A DNA stretch of 64,000 nucleotides from Azolla caroliniana (lineage: Eukaryota; Plantae; Polypodiophyta). The notes beneath the pieces are model-generated. The model was not told the origin of the DNA. It saw only the letters and a list, made by a program, of their open reading frames with translations, and ran no database searches. How positions within the stretch are numbered: position 1 is the stretch's first letter; each line of letters opens with the position of its first letter. Positions 1 through 10,249 of the stretch are shown piece by piece. A program made the position numbers and the translations under genes. The DNA is taken from NCBI GenBank assembly GCA_043228905.1, contig JBHGNT010000012.1:10602001-10666000 (forward strand). The letters are read 5' to 3'.

Positions 1-105
1 GAGCGAAACGGTGCATACCGGGGAGCCACGGACCGGAGAGGTCCGGATCGGCGAGGGCAGGACCGGAGAGGAACGACGGCACTCGCGGCAAGTGAAGAAG
101 AGATA

Positions 106-3100
106 ATGCTCATTACCGAAGAGAGGGAGCTGAACCTTGCCGGAGAAGAGATGACCTGGGTGGTCGATTCCGGAGCGTCGTTCCACCTGACCCCGGAGAG
201 AAAATACTTCTCATCCTACACTGCCGGTGAGCATGGCTGTGTCCGGATGGGAAATGAAGGTACGTGCCGGATTGCCGGCATAGGAGACGTGTGGCTGATG
301 ACATCAACCGGATGCAAGATGCTGCTGAAGAATGTCCGACACGTTCCGGAGGTTCGATTGAACCTGATTTCGGCCGGGAGGCTAGACGATGAAGGCTACA
401 CAGGTAGCATCCGGAACGGCGTAATGAAGTTCAGCAAGGGGAGCCTGATAGTGGCTCGGGCCCGGAAAGACAACACACTGTACCTGATGAATGCCCGGCT
501 ATGTCCGGAGGAGCTGAACGTGGCATCCGACACTGCCGGTGAGCTATGGCACAAGAGACTGTGCCACATGAGCGAGAAGGGGATGAAGAGGCTTGCCGAA
601 GACAACCTGATACCGGTAAAGCATGTACACTTGGGGAAGTGTACCGACTGTCTGGCCGGTAAGCAAAACCGGACCTCCTTCCACTCGAGGCCACCGACGA
701 GACGTAGCGCACCACTGGAGTTGGTGCACACTGATGTGTGTCAGGTAGAAACGAAGTCACATGGCGGAGCCCAGTACTTCGTGACATTCATTGATGATCA
801 CAGCCGGAAGCTGTGGACGGCACCGTTGAAGACAAAGGACCAAGTGTTGGGCGTCTTCAAAGAACTCCACGCGAGAATGGAAAGGGAATCCGGCAAGAAG
901 CTGAAAGCGATACGAGCGGATAACGGAGGGGAATACCGGGGGCAGTTCCAGGAGTACTGTCGCTCGAAGGGAATCCGGCTCGAGTTTACTGTGCCGAAGA
1001 CGCCGGAACTAAACGGGCTGGCCGAGAGGATGAACCGGACCATAATGGAGAGGGTCCGGAGTATGCTGGCACATGCGAAATTACCCAAGGGGTTTTGGGC
1101 TGAGGCAATGTCGACGGCGACATACGTGATAAACAGATCACCCTCAGTACCTTTGGACGGAGACACGCCGCAGAAAGTGTGGACCGGTAAGGAAGTGTCC
1201 TACCGGCATCTGAAGGTGTTCGGGTGTCTCGCATACGTGCATGTGGCAAAGGACCGGAGAGGAAAGCTAGATCCAAAGACCCGGCCATGCATATTCCTCG
1301 GTTACGGCGACGACGAGTTCGGCTACCGAGTATGGGACCCGGTCGACAAGAAGATATTCAGGAGTCGAGACATCATCTTCATGGAGGACAAGACACTCGC
1401 CGACTGGGAGTCGGAGAAGAAGATGAAGAGCTCCAAGTCGACCGGTGAGGATAAACTCTACGAGGAGCAGTCCCGACCGGTAAGGGACCGGTTAGCACTC
1501 GAGGATCCGGCCGAAGACGGTGAAGAAACAGAACCGGCCGAAGAAGATGAAACTGATACCGGAACCGGCCCCGATCCCGAAATGGATTCGGATGAAGAGG
1601 AAACGGAGGAGCCGGTTACCGAAGCTCCGGAACGGAGATATCCTCTAAGAGAGAGAAGGGCCCCCCGGAGATTTCCGGAACCTGAGCACGTGCTGCTAAC
1701 CGATGAAGGGGAGCCGGAAAGTTTTGAAGAAGCAAAGCTTGACAACCATAGCCGCAGGTGGTTAAGTGCCATGCAGGAGGAGATGGATTCCCTGCATGAG
1801 AACCACACATATGAACTTGTGGAGTTGCCGAAAGGTAAGCGGGCACTTCGAAACAAGTGGGTGTTCAAGCTGAAACCGGGAGATGCCGGAAACCCCACGA
1901 GATACAAAGCCAGGATCGTGGTGAAGGGGTTCCAGCAGAAGAAGGGCGTCGACTTCGACGAGATATTTGCCCCGGTAGTGAAGATGACCTCCATCCGGAC
2001 GGTGCTGAGCATAGCGGCAAGCATGGACCTCGAGGTAGAACAGATGGACGTGAAGACGGCATTCCTTCACGGTGACCTCGAAGAAGAGATCTACATGCAG
2101 CAACCGGAAGGATTCGAGAAGAAAGGGAAGGAGCACCTGGTATGCCGGTTGAAGAAGAGCCTTTACGGACTGAAGCAGGCTCCCCGGCAATGGTACCGGA
2201 AGTTTGACTCCTTCATGACCGATGAAGGGTACCACAAAACGCAGTCCGACCACTGCGTGTTTGTGAAGAAGTTCGACGGAGGAGACTCACTAATACTCCT
2301 CCTATACGTGGACGACATGTTGATCGTCGGACGGGACCAGGTCAAGATACGGATGCTGAAGAAGGCTCTTCACCGAACCTTCTCAATGAAGGACCTGGGT
2401 CCGGCGAGGCAAATACTAGGGATGCACATCATCCGGGACCGGAAGAAGAAGCAGTTGTGGCTATCACAGGAGAAGTACGTGACAAAGGTGCTTCAACGGT
2501 TCAACATGTCGGAAGCAAGACCAGTCGGGTCGACTCTCCCGGCAAACTGCAAGCTGTCCAGCAAGCAAAGTCCCAAGACAAAGGCTGAGAAGGAGGACAT
2601 GATGAAAGTACCATATGCCTCTGCCGTCGGGAGCTTGATGTACGCAATGGTGTGTACAAGACCGGACATAGGATATGCAGTCGGAGTGGTGAGCCGGTAC
2701 ATGAGCAATCCCGGCAAAGAGCACTGGAACGCGGTCAAGTGGATACTCCGATACCTGAAGGGCACGGCAAACTTGTGCCTCCGATTCGGCTCTGGTAAGC
2801 CCGAACTCGACGGCTTTACTGATTCAGATATGTCGGCTGATGCAGATACCAGTCGGTCCACATCAGGGTATGTGATGACGTATGCAGGGGGAGCTGTTTC
2901 GTGGCAGTCGAGGCTGCAGAAGACGGTTGCGTTGTCAACCACGGAGGCGGAGTACATGGCAGCTGTTGAAGCCGGCAAGGAAATAATATGGATGAAGGAC
3001 TTCATTAGAGAGCTCGGTATCTGGCAAGAGGAGTGCAGACTCTACTGTGACAGTCAGAGTGCCATCCACCTTGCGAAGAATGCGGCCTATCACTCCCGGA

Positions 3101-3282
3101 CGAAGCACATCCAGCGTAGATACCACTGGATCCGGGAAAGGATAGAAGACAAGGAGTTCGTGCTGACGAAGATCCACACGGACGAGAACGGGTCGGATAT
3201 GCTGACCAAGGTGCTCACACCCGACAAGCTGGAAGCATGCCGGAAGAGGATCGGATTGGAGAGACATCCCATGCCGAAGTGA
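106..3282 (+). CDS. pol: Copia polyprotein, C-terminal part (PR, GAG-pre-integrase, integrase, RT, RNase H); frame open from the window edge
   Basis: Motifs WVVDSGASFH, LWHKRLCHMS, LVHTD…FIDD…ADNGGEY…NGLAERMNRT, YKARIVVKGF, LYVDDMLI, TEAEYMA, RTKHI. Confidence 0.96.
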   Translation: MLITEERELNLAGEEMTWVVDSGASFHLTPERKYFSSYTAGEHGCVRMGNEGTCRIAGIGDVWLMTSTGCKMLLKNVRHVPEVRLNLISAGRLDDEGYTGSIRNGVMKFSKGSLIVARARKDNTLYLMNARLCPEELNVASDTAGELWHKRLCHMSEKGMKRLAEDNLIPVKHVHLGKCTDCLAGKQNRTSFHSRPPTRRSAPLELVHTDVCQVETKSHGGAQYFVTFIDDHSRKLWTAPLKTKDQVLGVFKELHARMERESGKKLKAIRADNGGEYRGQFQEYCRSKGIRLEFTVPKTPELNGLAERMNRTIMERVRSMLAHAKLPKGFWAEAMSTATYVINRSPSVPLDGDTPQKVWTGKEVSYRHLKVFGCLAYVHVAKDRRGKLDPKTRPCIFLGYGDDEFGYRVWDPVDKKIFRSRDIIFMEDKTLADWESEKKMKSSKSTGEDKLYEEQSRPVRDRLALEDPAEDGEETEPAEEDETDTGTGPDPEMDSDEEETEEPVTEAPERRYPLRERRAPRRFPEPEHVLLTDEGEPESFEEAKLDNHSRRWLSAMQEEMDSLHENHTYELVELPKGKRALRNKWVFKLKPGDAGNPTRYKARIVVKGFQQKKGVDFDEIFAPVVKMTSIRTVLSIAASMDLEVEQMDVKTAFLHGDLEEEIYMQQPEGFEKKGKEHLVCRLKKSLYGLKQAPRQWYRKFDSFMTDEGYHKTQSDHCVFVKKFDGGDSLILLLYVDDMLIVGRDQVKIRMLKKALHRTFSMKDLGPARQILGMHIIRDRKKKQLWLSQEKYVTKVLQRFNMSEARPVGSTLPANCKLSSKQSPKTKAEKEDMMKVPYASAVGSLMYAMVCTRPDIGYAVGVVSRYMSNPGKEHWNAVKWILRYLKGTANLCLRFGSGKPELDGFTDSDMSADADTSRSTSGYVMTYAGGAVSWQSRLQKTVALSTTEAEYMAAVEAGKEIIWMKDFIRELGIWQEECRLYCDSQSAIHLAKNAAYHSRTKHIQRRYHWIRERIEDKEFVLTKIHTDENGSDMLTKVLTPDKLEACRKRIGLERHPMPK

Positions 3283-3292
3283 AGGGGGAGTT

Positions 3293-4001
3293 TGTTGGGA
3301 TTTTCGGTCCCTCCGGATGGGATGTCCGGAGATGAATGACGGCAAGCCCGGTTGCGGTTACGGATCCGGAGGATGAAGAGTACCCGGCTACGGAGCCGGA
3401 TGATGAAGACCCGGCTACGGAGCCGGATGATGAAGACCCGGCTACGGAGCCGGATGACGAAGACCCGGTTACGGAGCCGGATGATGAAGACCCGGCTACA
3501 GAGCCGGATGATGTATGTACCCGGAGAGAGATCCGGATGCGGGGACATATTTGTGAATATGTTTGCCAAGGGCCCTTGAGGCTATATTTGTAAATAGCCC
3601 GAAAGTCATATGTGTATAAATATGACTTAGGGCAAACTGTTTGTTTGTTGCTGAAAAGTTGTTGCTTATTTTTTCTGTTTTCACTTAGAGAGAGTGTAGA
3701 GAGCAGCCGAGAGAGAGAGAGAGAGAGAGAGAGACGAGGAGGTCGTTGCCTCTGTGTATTACCGCCGCCTGTGGCGAAGATAGTGAGCTCAAGGTTGTTG
3801 CCTTGAAGCTTCACCATTGTACATCTCTGTTCATAGTGATAGTTGGAGTTTGAGGACTCCCGTGGTTTTTCCCATTTAGGGTTTTCCACGTAGAACATCC
3901 AGTGTACCTTTCTCTCTATTGTTTTTCGTGCATTGTTGTATTTCCCGTTTTCTGTGAATCGATCCTGTTCCTCGGTTGTGGCCGAGCACGGAATTTCAAC
4001 A
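3293..4001 (+). repeat. 3' LTR of Copia A, containing a 27-bp tandem array (~3346-3512) and a (GA)n tract
   Basis: TG…CA termini directly after the PPT; similar to LTRs at 12891-13500, 40011-40681 and 44412-45029; repeat unit CCCGGCTACGGAGCCGGATGATGAAGA. Confidence 0.88.
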
Positions 4002-4102
4002 GGGAGCCGGTGTTCCCTCCGTCTGAGGGTCCGAACGTTTCCCGGCTGCCTCAATGGTCCTTGCCGACGACCGTCGCTGGAGATGCTCCGTAGGCTCCTC
4101 CT

Positions 4103-4906
4103 CTATTTCCTCTTCCTGAGTCCCGACATTGAGTTTTGCCGCAAGGGGTCCGCTTCTCTATTCACCGGTCGGCGGAGTGTAACCTTTAGGGGCCGTGCCA
4201 GTGGTTCCTCCTGCACATCCGTTGGCCGCTTCCGGCTGCCGCTCTCCTTTCCTGCCTGTTCTGCGTCCGCCGCCTTCCCCTTAGTGGCCTTAGAGGCCAA
4301 CAACTGTTGTCGTTTGGAAGCCGTCTTTGGGGTGCCGTCTGCCACTCTTCCTCGCTTCTTGGGCTGGACGGGTGGCCCAAGCAAGGTGAGCCACTGCGTT
4401 ACGGCGTGCCATATCCTCCGTCCGTCTCGGCCTTCTTTGCCGTCTTTGCCTCTGATGATCTCGATCGCCGCACACAACCCGTCTGCGATCAATACCGGCC
4501 AATCCACCTTGATCCCTTCATAGGTGGCGATGATCATCCCTGCCCGGTTCTGCGGCATGACAGGGGGTCTAGGGTACACATGGCCGTATTCGTGGAGCAC
4601 ACGAGCAATCTCGCGGAACATCATATCTCCGCCGCCCTGTGTCCGGTAGCCCTTGCTGGCTAGGGAGTACTCACCAAAATACCTGATGAGTTGCTCCGGG
4701 GTCGGATTGTCAATCGTGAGTATGCCTCCCTTCGGGAGGCCTATTAACGCTCGAATCGCCTCCGCCGTTATGACCTCTATGTCGATTTCTTTGATCACTT
4801 TGTCGGCTTCTTTCTGTGGCGGTACTTCCATCATCATCAAGAAGCCCTCGAGCCCGTGTTGCTTTAGCCATGTCTTGGCGGCTTCCGACAGCGTTTGCGG
4901 GTCCAT
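4103..4906 (-). CDS. Extra (env-position) ORF of element B; N-terminal domain of unknown function (plant-transposon/PMD-like)
   Basis: MDPQTLSEAAKTWLKQHGLEGFL…GEYSLASKGYRTQGGGDMMFREIAR…KVDWPVLIA; homologous text in element D at ~15080-15600. Confidence 0.7.
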   Translation of the reverse strand: MDPQTLSEAAKTWLKQHGLEGFLMMMEVPPQKEADKVIKEIDIEVITAEAIRALIGLPKGGILTIDNPTPEQLIRYFGEYSLASKGYRTQGGGDMMFREIARVLHEYGHVYPRPPVMPQNRAGMIIATYEGIKVDWPVLIADGLCAAIEIIRGKDGKEGRDGRRIWHAVTQWLTLLGPPVQPKKRGRVADGTPKTASKRQQLLASKATKGKAADAEQAGKESGSRKRPTDVQEEPLARPLKVTLRRPVNREADPLRQNSMSGLRKRK

Positions 4907-5282
4907 GTTTATGTCGAGGTCGGATTGCGGTGGCGAGGTTGGATGGTGATGAGAGTGAGATTGAGAGAGAGAGAGTTCAGAAGGCGGGGGTTCTCTGTGC
5001 GTAGGTTCTCGTCTGATGATCTTGCAGCGCCTTGGTGCTTCTGTGCTCCTGGGTTCGCGAAAGTAAAGGGTCTCCACGCGCAGTGGTTTTTCTCTGTGCA
5101 TTCTGGCGCCTTTTTCGAGTGTGTGCACGTCGTGTACTAAAATAGCATTATGTCCTATGGTGGCGCTTTAAATGCCCACTACGTACCTTTTCACTCCTCC
5201 CTCTTTCATCCATTCATTCCTCGCTTTTGCATGATTACTTTGTTTTTTTTTTTTTTTGGTTATTATTATTATTAGTGTGACG

Positions 5283-8200
5283 TTACTTGTCCGTTGGTCC
5301 TCTCGGACCCTTACCGGCCTCATTCTCCCCAGTTACCGGCTCGCCGTCTCTGCTGTCTTGGTGGTTGTCGTTTCCCTCATCGGTGTCGGTCCTTTGCTCA
5401 AATGGGTTCTTAGGCATCGGTCCTCTATATGGCTTCAATCGGAATCCGTTGACCCATTTGCCTAGCACTTCGCCGGCAAGTGTCCCTAACTGGTAGGACC
5501 TATTATACTCACGTGTTAGCCAATATCGTTCGGTCCATCTAAACCGTAGTTTACCCGGCATATTGCCCATCCGGGTCTGAAATACTAACACCGGTTTGCC
5601 GATTGCGAACATTTTTTCGTTTCCTTTCCTGTGCCGGTCGACAAATGCTTTCCGTCGCCGTTGCTCCAATTCTAAGTGCAGGATGCTTGCCAGTCGTTGT
5701 TCCTCGAGTTCACACAGCGCTGTTAACCGTATTGCCTCCGACTCCTTCTCGTTCAGCCGTTCCCGTAGCTGGATCCGTAAGCTGGGTACTTGGAATCCAC
5801 CGGCATTGCCGCCTCTAGTTCGAACGCTAACCGGAACGGTGTTGTTCGAATGCTCGTTTTGTATGCCGTCCGGTATGCCCAAAGCGCGCTATGTAGCTTG
5901 GTATCCCAATCCGTTCGGCTTTCGTTGACAATCTTCCGGAGGATATTCTGGAGCGTTTTGTTCGTCGATTCCGCTAACCCGTTCACTTGCGGATAGTATG
6001 GTGTGCTCCGTTTATGGACAACGGCATAGAACGTCGTCAGGCTTTCAACTACTTGGCCGAGAAAGTGCCCCCCTTGGTCGCTTATTAATTCGATTGGGCA
6101 TCCGTAACGGCACCAGATGTACTCGTATAGAAATTTCGCCGTTACGCAGTGGTGTTGTCTCTTAAGGCTTTGGCCTCCACCCATTTCGTGCAGTAATCCG
6201 TCACGACGATGACGTACTGATTACCCGTTCTCATTGCTGGTGGTTTGAACGGTCCAACAAAGTCCAACCCCCACTTCTGGAATGGCTCGAGTGGTAGTAC
6301 CGGCAGGTGTGGCATACGAGCCTGCTCCGTTGGCTGGCCCATTCGCTGGCATAGGTCACATTCTTTTGCATACCGTATCGCATCTCTTAATGTCGTTGGC
6401 CATCATAGGCCACTTTGCCATATTTTCCTGGCCGTCGCATCTCCGGCATAGTGACCTCCGGCGACTCCGTAGTGGGCTTCCCTCAGTATAAGGTCCTTTT
6501 CATCGTTGCGCACAACCCGTCTCCATATGCCGTCCGCGCCCTTGTGGTAAAGTGTGTCTTGCAGTAAGCAGAAATGTCGGCTTTGCACCGCTAGGCGTTT
6601 CCGTTCGTCCCGGTTCAACTCTTCCGGAGGCAGTCCTGTGCTCAGAAACTGGTGCATGTTTGTGAGACACTGGTCTTCCTGTGCCACCGTCTCATATGCT
6701 GCCGTTTCCGTAGTGACTCGAAACAGCTCCGCATCCGGAAACTCATCCGCTACTCCGTCACCCGTCTCTCCGGACTCTAATCGGCTTAAGTAATCCGCCA
6801 CGACATGCTGTATACCGGGTCGATGGAATATTTCAAACTCGAATTCCTGTAACAGTAAGGTCCACCGGGCCAATTTGCCGGTGAGTGACGCTTTGGACAC
6901 CAGGTAAAGGAGTGTCGAATGATCTACATGGAAGGAAAACTTCCTTCCCAATAAATAATGCCGAAACTTTGTCACACTGTAGATCATCCCTAGAGCTTCT
7001 CGTTCCGTGGTAGAGTAGTTCCGTTATGCTTGGGATAGCTTTCGGCTGGCATAATACACTGGCCGGTACCACTTTGGCTCCGTAAGCTACATCAGTACGC
7101 TTCCGATTGCGATGTCGGAGGCGTCCACGAACACATGAAATTCTTTACTCCAATCCGGAGGTTGCACTACCGGTGCTTGCGACAATAGTACCTTGAGGGC
7201 CCTATACGCCCTATCCTTGGTGTCGGTCCACTGAAATGGTGTCCGATGTACGGCGGCATGCAACAGTGTAGCCAGGTCGGCCAAGTATCGGAGCATCCGG
7301 TTGTGCCACCGGATCTGGCCTAAGAACCGGCTTAATGCCTTTGCCGTTACCGGCGCCGGTGCTTCTAATATGGCTTTCACTTTGTCTGGGTCGACTGCAA
7401 TACCTTCCTGGCTCACAATATGTCCTAATAAAGTTCCACTGGACACGCCAAATACACACTTTGCCGGATTCAAGCTTAGTCGGTACGCTCTACACTTTTC
7501 TAGACAAAGACGGAGGTGCTGAAAATGGTCCTCCGCCCGACTATAGACGGCGAAATCGTCAAGGAAAACCTGCATAAAAGCCGGAATATATTCACCAAAG
7601 ATTTCCATGATGATTTGTTGAAATGTTGTCGGCGCCGTTTTGAGTCCGAACATCATCACCACGGCCACAAACACCCCCCATTCGGTGACAAAAGCCGTTT
7701 TCTCTTGGTCGTCGGGGTGCATCCGGATCTGATTATTCCCGCTGAATCCGTCTAGAAAGCTATAGACCTCATGGCCGGTGACGGCATCCAACACTCCATC
7801 TGTGAACGGAAGTGGAAACGCATCCGTTACCGTAGCTGCATTGAGTTTCCGGTAGTCCACACAAACTCAAATTTTTCCGTTCTTCGGTACGACTACGATC
7901 GGCCTCAGCCATGTCGATTTCTTTACCAGATAGATAAAGCCAACTCTTAGCAGTTTGTCGATTTCCTCCTTGACTTTGGCGGCATAATTGGGATTCATCC
8001 GGTACCGTCTTTGTGCCACTGGTTTTGCGTCCTTGCTCAAGTGAACCTGATGCTGGTATAACTGAGGGTCGAGTCCTCGCATGTCTGCGTATGACCAGGC
8101 GAACACATCGCGAAATTCCGTGAGAAGTGTGATCATCGCCGTTTTGTCTTCGGACTTCATCTCCTTGGCGATGTGCACCGGTTTTGCTTCGTCCGTGGTC

Positions 8201-8300
8201 CCTAGGTTCACCTCTTCCAGTTGCGACGCTTTTACGCGCTGTGAAACAGCCATTTCCCGTTCCAACGCTTCCTGCGCTTGCCGTAACTCCCGGATTGCGT
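5283..8300 (-). pseudogene. pol: Gypsy pol of element B (RT, RNase H, integrase), broken by stops and frameshifts
   Basis: Fragments VDYRKLN…VFLDDF (7087-7860), [44 protein letters not shown]. Confidence 0.92.
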
Positions 8301-8309
8301 CTTTATCCG

Positions 8310-9524
8310 GTTACAGATTACACATTGCATCCTCATAGTGCATTCTAGAGCCGAGTGTCCGGAATTTAAGTAGGTTGTGCACTGTATTGCTTGCCGAAAC
8401 CGGAGGTCTTCATCGGACGGTAACGCCTGTTGGAGTGCTCCCAGTGTGAGCTAGGAGCTTGTCTTTTCCATCTCTCTCACCCGGTCAATGACCTGGTCGA
8501 TGGTACTTGTGCGGAAGTCAATTACCATGCAAACCGTGCGTAGGGGTTCCCGGAGCGCGTTTAGGAATATAGTCCGTTATTCTTCCTCCGGGGGTGCGCG
8601 GGCAAGCTGATTATGCATCCGTTGAAACCGGATGACAAACTAGGGAATGCTCTCCCCTGCCTCCTGTCGGATGGTATAAAATAAGCCTACCATTACGGTC
8701 TGGTCCACCTCCTTTTGGAAAAAATGCAAGAATTTAGCTTTTAAATCTGTAAAGATGTTGATGGTAGACGGGTCTTGCGTCCGGTGCCATCTTGCTGCCG
8801 GTCCCTCCAATGTGACGCCAAATTCCGCTATCTTAGAGCGTTCCTCTTCATCCGGGGTCAATCACTGGGACACATGGTTGGCTTCCCAGGTTTGTTCAAA
8901 GGCGTGCACATGAGCTTCCGCGTCCGGATCATCTCTATACTTGGAGTACTGGAACGGCATGTCGTCGTCCGATATCGGTGCGCGGGCTGGCAGTGTTGGT
9001 GCTCGTTCCAGGATTTTCTCCGGCGTCGGTGGTCTTTCCTGATTTGTTTCCGGCGTCGGTGGTCTTTCCTCTTCTTTTGGTGACGAAGGCCTCTCCTCTT
9101 CGACTTCCGATGTCGGAGATCGCTCTTCCTCTGTTGGTTTCGGGGTTTCCAGCGTTAGCACTTCCGGTTCTGGTGTCGGTAAGGTATCCAATCCTTCGTC
9201 CTCCGGTCCGCCCGGGGTTTCGTTGCTGCTACGGTAGTTCGTGTGCACGCTGTATTCCCCTTCGGAGTCTGATTCATACGCTAAAAAGGCTTCTGCTTCG
9301 CCTTCTCCGTTTGCCAATGCCTGGAGAAGGGATTCGGTTTCCCAAAGGCTGCTTAGGCTGTTGTCGTCGTCCGGGTGCGATGTTTGCTGTAACCAGAGGG
9401 AGTCCTCCGCTACTCTCCGGATTACGTTGGAAAGCGCCGCTTGCTGGAAAGCCTCACGTCTCCTTTGCCTTTCGGCAAGGCGTCGAGTTTGATCTGTAAC
9501 CAGGTCGTGCGTTGATCTAGTCAT
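8310..9524 (-). pseudogene. gag: gag of element B, with a Pro/Glu-rich 30-bp repeat region, stops and a decayed Zn knuckle; deletion joins it to pol, removing PR
   Basis: MTRSTHDL…, DDPDAEAHVHAFEQTWEAN, TLEGPAARW, IRQEAGESI, CTTxxNSGHSALEC; no D[ST]G protease motif before LEEVNLG. Confidence 0.8.
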
Positions 9525-9559
9525 CCATCCGTGCCGTCGTTCGCTGCAAAAACAGGAAT

Positions 9560-9570
9560 CGTGGTCGCCA
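9560..9570 (-). promoter_or_regulatory. Primer-binding site of element B (TGGCGACCACG), tRNA-Arg(UCG)-like
   Basis: 5 nt after the LTR end; complementary to the recalled plant tRNA-Arg(UCG) 3' end …GTGGTCG-CCA. Confidence 0.75.
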
Positions 9571-9575
9571 AAAAT

Positions 9576-10010
9576 TGTGTTAACTCTTAGGGCCGGACAA
9601 TGGCCTAACACAGGGTGTCTACGGAAGACACTTCACCAAAGGGGTGTTACGGCAACAGGATTAGACTCAATGATTAATCCGACTTAATTAGGTTACTTAG
9701 CATGATCGTCTTTAATAATCACACGCGTAAGATATAACAATGAAGGCAGAATGACAATTAACACAGAGAGATAACAACACTAAGCTTTATTAATTAACCG
9801 TTATTCATTACATTGTATCCGGGCCTTTAAATAGGTTTCCGGTCTGTATTACAAAACGGTGCCATCCGCACCTGTTCGGGATCGGTTCGGATCCGGAACG
9901 GCATACCGATTCCGGTCCGTCCGTCCACACTCATAGCTTACTTACAACCATTCCTACTAATTAAATAACTCCCCGTTTCACACTCTGGACTCCTTTGCCG
10001 GCCGGTAATA
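9576..10010 (-). repeat. 5' LTR of element B
   Basis: Homologous to 10250-10712; on the minus strand a TATA-like CTATTTAAAGG (~9824-9834) precedes AATAAA (9786-9791). Confidence 0.85.
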
Positions 10011-10249
10011 GGTATAGCCCCCTGGTTTTCTATTCAAATGAAACACCTCGGTAGTTTGTCAATTGAAAAAGTCGTTGTATGGACTCAAGCAAGCCTGTGT
10101 GCTGGGAACACAAAAATCACGCAAAGGTTGCGTAGGATGGGATTTGCTCCATTGAAATCGGACTCCTCATTGTTCATTCGGCCAAGTCGGACTGGACCGA
10201 TTAGCATTCTACTATATATTGGGGAAATCGGCCGACTAAAGTCTCAGCT
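10011..10249 (+). pseudogene. Relic Copia RT fragment that hosts elements B and C
   Basis: Reads PPGF…VCQLKKSLYGLKQA…KITQRLRRMGF…SDSSLFI…ILLY. Confidence 0.75.

Larger units (their letters stand above)
1..4001 (+). mobile_element. Copia (Tork/Tnt1-like) LTR retrotransposon A; 5' part lies outside the window; inserted into Gypsy element B
   Basis: Open PR-INT-RT-RH ORF, PPT GAAGGGGGAG (3281-3290), then LTR TGTTGG…TTCAACA; the sequence after 4001 resumes the extra ORF of element B. Confidence 0.95.
4002..10010 (-). mobile_element. Athila-like (non-chromovirus) Gypsy element B, degenerate: 5' LTR, PBS, gag, pol (PR deleted), extra ORF; 3' end beyond the Copia A insertion
   Basis: RT-RH-INT order, FLDGFSG-x-NQI RT motif, DEFPDAELF linker without an extra RNase H, CA-ATTTT-TGG LTR/PBS junction. 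Confidence 0.88.

Noticed and set aside
3336-3593. ORF of EPDDEDPAT repeats, and a CRISPR-like look of the array
   Set aside because: Translation of a 27-bp head-to-tail LTR repeat; no unique spacers, no cas genes, eukaryotic context
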